The notes under the pieces: model-generated | What the model saw: the letters and a program-made list of their open reading frames with translations, nothing else | Told to the model about the DNA's origin: nothing | The model's database searches: none | In this document: positions 52,016-64,000 of the stretch, in pieces | Layout of the letters: every line of letters begins with the position of its first letter | Position numbering within the stretch: position 1 is the stretch's first letter | Assembly: GCA_051362555.1 (NCBI GenBank) | Contig: CM120648.1 | Coordinates: forward strand, 3,592,587 to 3,656,586 | DNA length: 64,000 bases | Direction: 5' to 3' | Origin: Lingula anatina | Lineage: Eukaryota > Animalia > Brachiopoda | Made by a program: the position numbers and the translations under genes

Positions 52016-53801
52016 ATGTCGGACGTACGCTTTGCCATAAGGTTTCCCCTGCTCACGGCGCTCCTCGTTCTCACCTGCCTGGTCCACGAGACGGCTGCGC
52101 AAGGCGACGTCATCATTGGCTGTCCGACTTACGGTTGCACGCCTTCGGGAACATTTTCCTCAGTCCTGGGCAATTTCCCTCAGGGAAACGTCACGGTGCG
52201 GTGGACGTCGCAAGTGTCCCAGGCCCCCTTGCCGGGGAGTCCGTTAGGGTGCGTTGGGAACGACGTGAACATCGTCTGTCCGGCCATACGGCTTAAAGGA
52301 ACGTGAGTCGTTTTCTTTCTTTTTTCTTTTCGATTAATGAACGAAAAACGGTTCTCATGTTTTTTATAGGCAAAGGCTTTTGTTTGATTACGGTGAAGGC
52401 ACGCCAGGAAAAGGAGCCTAACAATATGTTTACCATAAACCCCTTGGCGTTTTTGTTTGAAATTCAGATTGCAAAAACGGTTAAGTAAAAGTTCTTTTGT
52501 CAGTGGTCTTAATAATAAATTGATACTTTACCGGTTCATATTTCGTCTGCTTACCGTCAAAATCCATCGCTTCAGAGAAAAGGGTTCTGACAGTCTAGAT
52601 GTTAGAACCCCCTCCCTCCCCCCCCCCCCCCCCCCCCCCCCCGTTTGCTCAATGCGACAGACAACCCCCCCCCCCAGCCCCTCTTGTTTTTAGCACAAAT
52701 GGTTGAAAAGCAATTATAGCAACATTTAACATAGGGCCTATATATTTGTTGTTGCAAGAAATGGTAGTTTATCCATTTGATTATATGTATATATTATCAG
52801 CGACAGGTGCCCTTATTGTATTATTCACGAGCCAGTCAGTGGTCCAATGAAGAGGTCACGGTATTTACGGGTTAATAGGTTGGATAATGATGTTTATCAC
52901 TGACCGCACTTACATGTACATAGCAACTTTAGACCAGGAGCCTTATCTCGAAAATGAACTTTAGCCAGCAAATCGGCCTAACCTTTAAGACTAAAATTTG
53001 TATCTACTTTGACCCAACAAAAATCCAGCCATAGGCCTACTACAATCAAATGATATATTGCGCCGATTTTATAACAGAAGAGATCTGGTTTGTGTTTCAG
53101 GCCAATTCTTTCACTACACCCAGTTGGGTACCTCTGACAACCACTCTCTGATATTGCCTTGAACTCAAATATTTAATCTAAAAGATAAAGACCAATTTGT
53201 GAAACCGACCCAAAGTGTTGTCCAAATTACCGTTATTGGCCTAAATAAAGTGCAGGTGGAACACGTGCTTGCTACATTTTATGCGACACATTACGCAAAA
53301 CAAGGTCTATGGTTCACCATCTACAGTATCGTGTCAGAAATTTAAAGATGACTATTAAAAAAATAAAAATAACACCCAATGTTTCACATTTCAGAGGCTA
53401 CGTCAGTGTCAACCCAATCAACGGAAGTATTCAATGGACAGACGAGCTCCTCCGTTTCCCGCCACTTCCAATTATGAACATAGGGGGCGACATCATCGCC
53501 TGTGATGGCAACAGCCTGGTCTATTACTTTAACAGCGGGAAAATGAACGGAAAGGCGATCACGATGGAACCATCTGAGAGGCCAGTTTATAGGTAAGTCT
53601 AAGTCATCGTCCTACATCATATTTACTTACTTATTCTATTTTGTCTATTTATTTATCGGAATGAGTGTATATACTGCATAAGCTTTAAGAGTTAATGCAA
53701 CTTTAAATTCAACAAACGATCATTGTCGACAGGAATGGTAGTCCGCTAGGAACTATGGTCCCCATTACATTGTACAGGTGACATCCGTCGCAGGCCCGTA
53801 G

Positions 53802-53840
<39 letters not shown>

Positions 53841-56134
53841 CGGGGGGTTCGAAAGAACCGCCCCTTTTGCTGGGAAAAGGTCCACTCTGGGTAAAATTTG
53901 ATCTAGGTACATGAAGTTTTTATGGGAAAAGGTCCACTTTTTCAGAAAAGGAACCCCCCCCCCCCTTTGAAATTGCTGGCTACGGGCCTGCGTCCCATAT
54001 TCTAGCCTTAATACTCCAACTAACCCTAACCTGTACTTACGATATGGCACCACGGACTTCCATTCCCAGGACTACCATTCCTGTCGCACCGTTAACCTTC
54101 AATCTTGACGTGATTGTGGTAGCTGAGCTCATCCGGCATTGAGTGCGCCGGTGTTTACTTGATATAATGTTTGTCCTCGTTTCAGTTTGACGATGGCAAA
54201 TAATAATTTGTTCTTCATCATATCTCGACAATCTGGAAGACTGATCACCTACACCACAGGTTAGAGGCGCTTGACATTAGACAAAAAAAAATAATATATA
54301 TTTATCCTCGAAAATAGATTGGAATGTCGACTTAAAGTGCTTTAATTATAGGGGCGGGGTTATCGTTTGTGAGGTCCTAATCGGGAAAGAAAAGTAGAAA
54401 GTCACTGTCACCTGACACCATCACTCTTCCCCCGTCACATGTCATTGTACGTGTCCCTTGTCATCCGTCACCTGTCATCTGTTTTCATACAGTTCGTTTC
54501 CATTTTAGACGGTATACCAATGGGAAGCATTTACATTAACGACAAGATCAACAGCCAGACGGGAGCTTTTGTGCCCATTGCCCAACCAGTCATTGCCGGA
54601 CATCGGGTCTACATCCTTATGGAATTTAAAGTTAACAATGGAGGCACGCAGCCGTCCGCTCCTGTATGTATTCCGTACCTTTTTTTTTATGAGCTTTATT
54701 CTTTGTTTTAGACCTAACGCACACTGTCCAAAGCAGACGTATCGATCACGCGTTGTTTGAACTGCCTTTTGAAGAAAAAATATGTTTTACCTTTACCGGT
54801 GTGCTGTAGGTGTTACAAGCATTTATTATTAATCTGCTTTGCTTGCACTCAGCGTGGCGAAACACCGTATAAATTACGCCGAAGGCAAAGGATTTCCTTG
54901 TTGAATAACTTTCCTTGCAATGTTCTTTGATCGCCGCTGAAGCACTCAAATTCTTTTGGTGATGTTGCACACATTCTTATTAATTATTAGAATATTTCTC
55001 ATCGCAATGCCCTTTCAACATCGATTTAGCACGATCTGTAAGTTAACAAATTATATATTTATTGACATGAGTGATGATTTTGCAAAAGAAAATGATTGAA
55101 TTTGAATTTTAGAATACGGGAAGATGCCTTTCAATTGTGACCTTAACAGAAATATTAAAAAATTATGGTGGAAGCACACGTCCTGATATGACATCATGAT
55201 TTAATTTACGCTTGCAGTGATTGCTTGTACATAACTAACTGATACATTGTAGGAGATAAGAATCTTCGCGGTCGACCTTCGACGCACTATCAATGACCGA
55301 CTCCAGATAGCATGGAACTTTACTGTATCTGCGAAGACGAATCAAAAGAACAGACCTACGGTCCTTACTCAAAATGGGGCTCAAATCATGGCGTTTCAGA
55401 AAACCATATATGTTATTCTCCCTACGAGAGAAGAAAGCCGCGCCATAAATTACTTTTTGGCTGTACGAGACAGCGGCGACAGCGCATCTCTGCAGTTTGT
55501 GAACAGGAATTCTGACGTCATTCGAATGGTAACCAATGGCAACAAATTGAATAAAGACGACTTTCTGGAAGCTCCGATAGATGAACACGATCTCCGAGAA
55601 ACGGGTATCGATAATGGCCTTTCCGAAAGAGACGCTCAGACGTTCTTCCGGGAGGATAGCCACACTGGTCACCGTCCTCAAAGGGCTTCAGCTGATATCG
55701 GAAGTCCTAACCTTAACGCCATCTGGTTAATAACAAGATCCGGCATTTTGGCAAGCATAGACCCAGCAAGTGGTGCTATGCAGCGGACAGTACCATTGAA
55801 CTATCTGCTCAGAGTGGAAAGATTCAATATCACATCACAACTGATGCTTTACACCGATGACAACGGCAAGGACCCGACCTTACTATTCGCTGGTCTTGCA
55901 CGCAAGGGACCCGCACCTTTTCTGATTCAGAACTGCGTGTTTGCCGTCGATGTCTCCAGCGTTGGATTGAAGTGGTCTGTCCCGGTGCCAGGTAATGGAA
56001 CGGTTCAAGGACAGATTATTGGAATTCCAAGTGACAGTGACCCGTCTGTTCAACCAGATCAGCTCGCAGCTTTGTCCATTACAGCAAAGGGACAAGTGCT
56101 ATTTGCCATTGGCAGTGCTTCTCGACAAAAATAA
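52016..56134 (+). CDS. Uncharacterised secreted protein, probable PQQ/BamB-like beta-propeller, isoform A (about 531 aa)
   Basis: Signal peptide MSDVRFAIRFPLLTALLVLTCLVHETAA. Exons 52016-52302, 53395-53592, 54186-54259, 54509-54663, 55253-56134 are phase-consistent. Repeated beta-propeller-like blade ends (SVNPINGSIQW, FAVDL..LQIAW, SIDPASG, FAVDVSSVGLKWSVP) and several N-glycosylation sequons. The fold is an inference. Confidence 0.8.
53791..53990. mobile_element. MITE with CAGGCCCGTAGCC termini and a poly-G tract, nested in another inverted-repeat element (53727-54086)
   Basis: CAGGCCCGTAGCC...GGCTACGGGCCTG with near-duplicated flanks CGTCG/CGTCC. Host TIR CGACAGGAATGGTAGTCC...GGACTACCATTCCTGTCG. 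Partial inverted relatives lie at about 9285-9435 and 24021-24075. Confidence 0.8.
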
Positions 56135-56967
56135 GTTCAATGTAACAGATAATTAACTTGTATTTGTAATCTCTACAGTACAAGCTGCGCAGTACTGTGG
56201 CCAGTAGGGTTAAAAATAACGGGTTGCTCTTGAATGATTATTATTAATTACCGGTACATATTTATTCTTATAAGTCTGACCAGGGAATTATATTTAATAT
56301 AATTCCCTGGTCTGGCGCAACAATAAACAATAAAATGTGCAATTCTTGATAGGGCTTCTTGGTTTCAATTCCATGAAAATGAGAGTATTATTTCACATAA
56401 TTATACGATTTGCTTTCCGTGCCCAAATCACATAAAATTGGTTACTATTGCATACGATTTGCCAGATGGAGACATATAGCACTGCATTGACGGAACGATT
56501 GAGCGACAGTTGTCTATACTCGTATCGCTGGAGGGGGGGGGGCATGTGAATATCCCGGTGTTTATCGGTGATAGGTGGTTCAAGTCTTCCCGTTATCATC
56601 ACGCTTATTTCACTAAAGCGGCTGGGTCACTAATTTAAGCACTGCAGATTCACCTTTCAAATTGTTACGCACCTACAGTGAATGAAAGCAAGCAGCAAGA
56701 TGATCGAGAAGTGGTAAAAGTTCTTGGTTCGTGAGTTTATACCTATTCTTTTTTTATTTGCAAATGTTCTTTTCAATTCGATGTTCATAGTGTTTTGGCT
56801 GGCTCAACCCATGGATTAACGTAAGACTTTCAACTTCCAAATAATTTAAGACATATAAAGCATTTATTAAGAAAGCTTTTAGTGTGTTGAAAAATTGAGA
56901 TAAGAAAGTGTTTATTTCGTATTGCCAAATGCTAATTTTCATTTTATCCCGTTCGTGAAATTTCCAG

Positions 56968-57990
56968 ATACTTCGTCTGTACGCGGTTGACTTAAGAGAC
57001 ATCATGGTCCAAATCATCAAAGTCATTTGGATTTATAATTTCACCAGCGAGGTGGAGACCCCCAGATCCTTTCTGGGTGACATAGGAGGATACCTACCGA
57101 ATGATGACCCAAGCGGCCCTCGCCTGATGGTGTATCGCCATTACGTCTACTTGGTTATCCCAGCAGAGACGAACGACGTGGCCTCCAGTGGGACAAACGG
57201 CGTAAAGAACCGACTTCTGGTTTTCCATGATAACGGAACAAGTGGGACGCTAAAGTACACTCAAGATCTTGACGTCGTAAGAATGGCGGCGGAAGAGAGT
57301 CTCAACACTGCCGTTCCGAAGCCGCATCATCCGCCACAAAACCAAGGGCAACGGAGCCAAATTAATAGAGCCTCGGATAATTTACGAGCTATTTTTGGAC
57401 AGGAAGTTTATGACATTCCTGAAAGGTTCATGGGTTTGGCCAAACCTGTCGCCCGAGGCCCGGTACGTCTACGGCGAGATTCTACGCTGCGATTCCACCC
57501 TTCTGCTCATCAACAGCGTATCAAAGAATCAAATCCAGAAGTTCAAGCCATTTGGCTTGCCACTCGATCTGGCGGCCTCTGCCGCATGAAGTACGACGAC
57601 GGTGATATACTGACCACTCTCCAGTTGTCAAAGGCATTAAACGTCTCTTCGTTTAACATGACGTCAGAACTGATGATCATTTCGTCACAAGATGGCAATG
57701 CACAGGGTCCAGTACTCGTATTTGCCGGCATCGCAGAAACCGCTACGTCAGCAGCAAAGAATGGTGACGTCCCGTCTATGTCAATATTTTACAACTACAT
57801 GTACGTCGTGGATATCAAAGGTTCTGTCAAACTGGCTTTGCCTGTACCAATGAACGGGACGGTCCATGGGCAAATTATGGGCATACCGACCGACGATGAC
57901 CCCTCCCGACAGTCGGATCTTCTTGTGGCGTATTCCCGTGTCAGCGAAGGCAATCAGTTGTTTGCATATGGATATCACAAAACAAAATGA
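56968..57990 (+). CDS. Alternative (duplicated) terminal exon 5B of the secreted beta-propeller-like gene; isoform B about 578 aa
   Basis: Phase-0 acceptor tttccag|ATA at 56968, at the position homologous to exon 5A (ILRLYAVDLRD vs EIRIFAVDLRR). Intact 340-aa frame homologous to 55253-56134. No copy of exons 1-4 lies in the intervening 833 bp. Confidence 0.8.
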   Translation: MLRLYAVDLRDIMVQIIKVIWIYNFTSEVETPRSFLGDIGGYLPNDDPSGPRLMVYRHYVYLVIPAETNDVASSGTNGVKNRLLVFHDNGTSGTLKYTQDLDVVRMAAEESLNTAVPKPHHPPQNQGQRSQINRASDNLRAIFGQEVYDIPERFMGLAKPVARGPVRLRRDSTLRFHPSAHQQRIKESNPEVQAIWLATRSGGLCRMKYDDGDILTTLQLSKALNVSSFNMTSELMIISSQDGNAQGPVLVFAGIAETATSAAKNGDVPSMSIFYNYMYVVDIKGSVKLALPVPMNGTVHGQIMGIPTDDDPSRQSDLLVAYSRVSEGNQLFAYGYHKTK

Positions 57991-59455
57991 CGTTTTTTTG
58001 CATCTTAAAGGGATAATAACTCTTCGTTTCGGCCAAAAAATGAATTTTCCTGGAGTAAACAACAATTTTTCCATACTTACCAATGGTTAATGAATCCATT
58101 TTTACATTCAAAGTAAGTCCCTGGTTTTTTTCTAAAAAGTTTGGTTTTTTGTTAAAATCTCTTAAGACATTTTAACAGAGTATAGCCATCAATGGAGGTC
58201 ACGTTGTCTAAAGACAAGCTCAGATGTCAGAATAATAGCTATAACTGCCGTTTTTGTAGTAAAACAGAATTTATTATATTTCTATGAGTTGTTCACAATG
58301 TTTTTATTGTGAAATATAGATCACATACGAAGAGTTATTATCCCTTTAAATAGTTATTTCATAAGTGAGTTCTGCCACAAAAATCAGGCGAATTATATTA
58401 CAAAAATCAAGTATGTCTGCAAAAGATAGTTGAAAATATTTCAACCAGCAGCAGTTCCTCTTTGACTGCGGTTGTATGGCTTTCCTATTGGAAATTTACA
58501 CATATTTTTGCATGCATTGTTTATGAAACCGTAATGCATTCCTACTTTGATAAACTGTAAAATTACCTTTTTTCACTTTTGCCTAACATTTTCAGATGTG
58601 CAACAGAAAAATAAGGGTGAATGAAATAAACTAATTTTTGAAAAATAAATGCTAGAGAATTTTTTCAAAAAAATATATTATCAAATAAATTTGATCTTGA
58701 ATCGCACAATGGACGCCATGACACTACTTCGTTGCACGGTGAACACTTGTGCAGTTCTAATGAAAATTGAATCATCTCCAGCCTCGCACGGACTGGGTAT
58801 GATAAACGTCATCACAAAACGATCACATCAACCAAGTGCACAATGCTCAGTTGGATACCCGTGCGTGAATGACGACTTAAAAACCAAATCACAGAAACTG
58901 CCAAATTTTAAAGTTATCGTGTCATGACGAATTTCTTGGGCTTTCGGTCAGATTCTAAAATTTGTCCAAACGCAGCCCAGGCCTGCGATATGTCATCAAA
59001 CAGAGATAAGCCACTTGTCCCAGACAGCCTGTACCCTGGAGACCCTGAATGGGGGCCCGGTGCAGCGTAACCTCGCGCTACCGCCACACAAGGTGCTCTG
59101 TGTCGTCCCTATCTTGCCACGCATAAGTGTAGAGAGTGTTTAAGGTCACAAGGAACTTGACGTACTCCTTTTTTCTGATTGGGCGCTCACTGTGCCACGG
59201 TGCCTCAGCGGAGAGATTTCTGCTTCTACCATCTGAGTAAGTGCCCCCAAATCGAGGAACGGCCCATGGTTTTTTAGCTGAGACACGTCTTTCGTTACTG
59301 CCAACTTTAAATAGCGCTCGACGCTGCGGGTTTTCACTAAAAAAGACGTTTTTACTGCATACTCTCGGGTGATTTTGACATTTTGTTTTCTTACAGAGAG
59401 TGATAACCGTTCAACTTTTGTCTTGTCTCTCACCTGTTAGTTTTCGTTACCAACG

Positions 59456-62400
59456 ATGGCATCTTTGAAGATTCTTCTTGTATGGGCAAGTACCTTGATG
59501 CTCGGAGTGTATGGACAAACAGCTACCCCAGGTAATGCTATTTTTTTGTTTTATATCCAAATGAATTTTAATTTTATTCTTAGTTTGATTCTTTTTCTTT
59601 ATTTCACATTTTATTATACGTTTTCACAAGGATTGTGACTATTTTTTTATTTGTTTTACTTGAATTTGTTCAGACCCTCTGATCAAAGCATAGGCTTTTG
59701 AAAATGCAAATCCTGTCCGTAACTGTTTTACCAGTATATACAACATAAAATTATTTTAAAGCTCGTCTTGTAAGAGAGGAAAAGACTTGCTTTACCAATG
59801 AATTATACCTCAGTGATACGACTTGTAAAATCGCTGTATGATACACCCCATTTATCCCTTATAAGCACAAAAGTAAACTGTTGTTCAAAACGACAGATAA
59901 AAAAATTAAAGATTCACACTTTTATTGCAATTCAAATATGCTCCACTGAGGGCAAATTTCTCACTAATTTCGGTATCATTTCTTCTTCTGAAGTTTCTGT
60001 TACATCGGGCTTTCACTTCCGCATGAAAAACGAATGTTGGTCTACTACAACAAATATCAGTATTTTAAGTTCAATAACTTTGATGTATGAGTTTGATGGT
60101 GACTTTGACCCATTCCCATACGTGGCTTAGATATCTGGCACGCCTACGATAGTAAATAACTCCCTAACAGCTTCCGAAGGCTTGCCAGACATCAGAGCCG
60201 CTTACGCTGAAAGCACCTCAGCGAGAAACCCCTCGGAGATGGGTCAACCCTGCTTGATTGATCTGAAGTTTAAGATATGAGAACGGACTCTTTGAAATAT
60301 CGTCAAAGACCCAACTTTAAAGGGTGGTGAAAGTGGCCAAAAAGATGTCCTCCAAGCAGATGAAAAGGGACACAGTGACTCAAGTTAGATGATGATAACG
60401 ACGATGCACACATACATAGGTTAACACATCACAGAAGTTTCTTAAGGTTACACAAGCTAATTAAATAGTGCTATCGTGAAGTAATACATGTCACGTATCA
60501 ACGCAGCGATGTATTTTCATCCATCATCTTCCACAACGGCGGCCACTTGGGATTAGGGCACGGCATAAGGAATTACATAAACTAGTGTGAAAAATTTATA
60601 AGTCCTTAGAATGTATCTGTTTTTTAAAAAAACTTTTGTAATAAACAACATTAATGTGAAAGTGTAGAAGACAGTTTCCATTGTGGATAAAAAGGAGTAA
60701 TATAAGTAAAAAAGAATAAAGTCCAGGTTGTCCTTTCTTAGTTAACAAGCAAGCTGTAGGAGGTTTTAGGTTTTGCCATCAAATATGGGCCGTGGGCCGC
60801 ATACCATTTCGAATCAGCATGAAGACGCTCTCAATCTGCTTACAAATAAACCAAAACCAAAAGAGATTGCACATCCTCAGATTGGGTGAACGTTATCTGT
60901 CCCGAATCCCAACAATATTAAAATCTTGCCAGCACTCGATATTTTTATCAGTGTCTTAGGGTGCGTTCACAATGAAACTATCGTTTTAGATAGATCGACC
61001 CAACTGCACGAGGACTCTCGCCGAAGAGTGAATGACACGCCTCTTCGTGCAGCTGGGGGGAGGGGGGGAGAGAGAGAGGGTGCCTAATTTTTGTGTGCGT
61101 TCGGCTAATGGAAGCTTCTTCACTTCGTTTGGAGTGCGATCGAGTTGGATCGTTTACCTTGTACACTGTCCGATAGTTTCTTTGGGAACGTGGCCTTAAC
61201 GTGAAGGTCAATACGGTCCGTAATCTGTTACTATAAAAGCGTGTACATCGTGGTATTATTAGAATCAAGATCAATATTGGTTTAGTTAAAGTGCAAACAC
61301 CAGTGATATTGATGACATTAATATTTTGGCACGTCAAAGGAGACAGAGAAAGAGTGAGCGTTTGGCCCCTGTTTCCCACCGGTATATTGTTTAGTGTTAA
61401 GATGGGGCTTTATTCCTTCCTATTCATATTTTTCGTTTTCCTGTATCAGTAAGATTTGAAAACTTTCATGCTGAAAACTTTTATTTAGCCAGCCGCGTAT
61501 ACTTGCTGTTGCTGCATTTCTAGACAACATATGCGCACCAGCGTACATGTAGATGCTCGATTGTAAAGGCGGCAAAAGGAATGTTCTTAAACGGTGGACC
61601 ACATAATGTCTACTTTTGTTTCTCAGTGTCAGTTGTGCAGACAGTCGATGACAAAGAGTTGGCAAAACTAAAAAACTTGGTTTTGTTGCCTTGATGTAAA
61701 CCTTTAAAGATGGGCCTCATTTTAGAGGATGGTGAATTTTACGCTTCAAGCCCACTCCGAAGACATCTGGGTCACGTAAAAGTTTAAATCAACCCGTGTT
61801 GTAGAAACTTTCTTTAATATGACTTTGTCATATACTGAGGTTTAGTTTGGCTTCACATTTGACTTTAAAGAGCACAATGTGATAAAGGTATGCCACACCT
61901 ACCCTCTATCAGGGCCACTGATTAATTTTTCTAGAGCTAGATATTAACAGATATGTCTCAAGTTAAATAGATGGCTAATCTCTGTAGCCTCAGCAAAAAT
62001 GTCCACAGAATAATAACTGCGGCCCTGATAGAGGGTAGGCCAAACCGGGACGGTTTTAGCTTAAGCAAGCCTCTAAGAAGAGGTGATCATTAAAAACAAA
62101 CCGTTCTAATGTGTAAAAGCTGGTGCGGTTCCCAATCTAGCAATCACTGACCTACACAAAATGTGACTTAAATTTGGTGCAATACAGTTAAGTACAGTAA
62201 AAGCTGACTTAAGGCGTTTTGGATTCCATTTATAACCAAAACTGAACTCCTTCTGTTGAATTGCGTGGCCCAAAACTGGCAAGAGGGCTTCTGTTTTTCA
62301 CTTTAATTGTTTTCATTTCATGTTTCAACAGCGTGTTTGATATCGACCCCGTCGCAATACGAGTACAAATTTGTTCGGGACGTTTCACGTGAAACCAATG

Positions 62401-62483
62401 CCACATTTGAGGTGAAGGCGGCAGAAAATGCTCACATCATCCTGGCACCTGATTTGGCTTTGCAGACAGATACAAGCGGAAGG
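59456..62483 (+). CDS. 5' part (exons 59456-59531 and 62332-62483) of a secreted protein with a farnesoic acid O-methyltransferase-like (Methyltransf_FA) domain; the gene continues past the window end
   Basis: Signal-peptide exon MASLKILLVWASTLMLGVYGQTATP with phase-1 donor G|GTAATG, matched by the phase-1 acceptor caacag|CG. ISTPSQYEY...FEVKAAENAHIILA resembles the F-x-V-K/R-A-x-x-D/N-A-H-I-x-L motif of that domain. Confidence 0.65.
60959..61195. mobile_element. Harbinger-like MITE with TTA TSD
   Basis: TTA|GGGTGCGTTCACAATGAAACTATCG...CGATAGTTTCTTTGGGAACGTGGCC|TTA. Confidence 0.55.
61898..62039. mobile_element. Short MITE with CCTACCCTCTATCAGGGCC termini
   Basis: Perfect 19-bp TIR CCTACCCTCTATCAGGGCC...GGCCCTGATAGAGGGTAGG. 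Confidence 0.7.
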
Positions 62484-62608
62484 GTAGGTTATATTTCCCA
62501 GTGAGTTCTCAAAAGTATCTCTATTTGTTTATAAATTTAAAAACCAAGGTCCGTTTCCGGTACAACTAAGCACATTGCCAGGAAGATTGCTTGTAATATA
62601 TATTATCA

Positions 62609-64000
62609 TTTTTATGTACAGACACAGATGTGTCTGTACATATAGCCGTCATCTGCGTCTGTCGTCGCCGTCGTCGCCGTCGTCGCCGTGCACTTTTACC
62701 GATAACACGATAAGTGGAAAACTGTTTTTTCTTTTGGCTTGAAACTTACAGAACTGATGAATATTCATAATACGCAGGTCAAGTTCGAAAATCAGCATGA
62801 TCGGGTCACTTATAGGGAATTTATGCTGTTTTTTCACTTTTTTCAGCATATATGCAGCACCGATAACACGATAAGTGGAAAACCGTTTTACCTTTTGGCT
62901 TGAAACTTACAGAACTGATGAATATTTATAATACGCAGGTCAAGTTCGAAAAAAAGCACGATCGATAAGTGGAAGGCAGTTTTACTTTTTGGCTGTATAT
63001 TTACAGAGCTGATGAATATTCATAAAACGCAGGTCAAGTTCGAAAATCAGCATGCTCGGGCCATTATTGTAGAAGTTATGCTGTTTTTTCACTTTTCAGC
63101 ATATATGCAACACTGTAAACACATTTCAAGGAAAACTGATAGGCCTGTTGTCATGAAACTCACAGGAGTAATCAATCTTACTAAAACGCAGGTCAAGTTT
63201 GAAAATAGGCATGTTCGGGCCACTATTTTAGTAGTTATGCTTTTTTTCACTTTTCAGCATATATGCAACACTGTAAACACAATATAAGAAAAACAGATAG
63301 GCCAATTGTCATTAAACTCACAGGAGTGGTCATTCCTGCTAAAACACAGGTTGAGTTTAAAAATCAGCATAATCGGGCCATTTTTTTAAAGAAATGCCGT
63401 TTTTTCACATTTCCTCAGATTCAATTCTTAGGCATGTTAACAGTTTCATAATTTAATTAACAAGATACATAAAAGTGTTTGTTTGGCATTTCCTGCATCT
63501 TTACAACATTGTTAGTTGATTATGTAAAAATGATGGTAAACTTGTTATCGTGTATTGTGTAATTAAGTTTCAAAAATGGAAATAAACTCATATCATTGCA
63601 GTTTGACAGATTCAATCATTCACTATGTTCAGAATCTCAGAATGGAAGAAATTGGACATTTAACACTGCTCTATTGATGTTATTCCCATCTCATCAATTT
63701 TCCTAATTGATCATATAAAACGGCAGTAAACTATTAATTTTGTTTTATGTTAAAAATTGTTAAAAATGGGGAAAAAACATTTCAGAACAGTACTGTCTTG
63801 TTTACATTTTGGCATTTTCAAGTTGTGACTTTGAAGTTCCATGGGCCTGAAGACCTTTGCTTGTCACATTTTCTGAATATCCATAATACTAATATTTTAT
63901 TATTAAAATTGATGGTCATTATGCTGTTAAACATTATGTAATATTGCATCAAAATTTGAAAAAAAAAGCTATTTTGGGCACTGCTCCTTGATGACCATTT
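62609..64000 (+). mobile_element. Second copy of the HINE-like element, truncated by the window end, in an intron of the Methyltransf_FA-like gene
   Basis: Same TTTTTATGTACAGACACAGATGTGTCTGTACAT start, GTCGCC microsatellite and internal repeats. Highly similar and co-linear with 34797-35955. Confidence 0.8.

Noticed and set aside
55235-55681. 148-aa minus-strand ORF and other antisense ORFs over the secreted-protein exons
   Set aside because: They are shadow ORFs of the real plus-strand coding exons.
57004-57990. ORF treated as an independent single-exon gene starting at ATG 57004
   Set aside because: Homology to exon A extends upstream of the ATG exactly to a splice acceptor at 56968, and the ORF has no signal peptide.

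Overview
Eukaryotic, AT-rich, intron-containing animal genomic DNA. It is an invertebrate, and the repeat content looks lophotrochozoan-like, but this is inference. Five protein-coding loci can be assembled by hand from GT-AG splice sites with consistent phases: (1) a single-coding-exon class A peptide-type GPCR with a non-canonical FRC in place of DRY (3657-4796, +); (2) a full espin/forked-type actin-bundling gene (ankyrin repeats, Pro-rich region, WH2, C-terminal actin-bundling module; 30452->11426, -) carrying an extra 2.9-kb exon; (3) cytosolic NAD kinase (30816-48587, +), head-to-head with espin with about 360 bp between the start codons; (4) an uncharacterised secreted, probably beta-propeller protein whose shared 4-exon N-terminal half can splice to either of two diverged, intact, tandemly duplicated terminal exons (52016-57990, +); (5) the first two exons of a secreted protein with a farnesoic-acid-O-methyltransferase-like domain (59456->, +). 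Non-coding DNA holds many short inverted-repeat elements (MITEs, some nested), two copies of a Helentron-associated (HINE/DINE-like) element, minisatellites and microsatellites. There are no CRISPR arrays, rRNA or recognisable tRNA genes. The most novel-looking feature is the swappable C-terminal half of gene 4.
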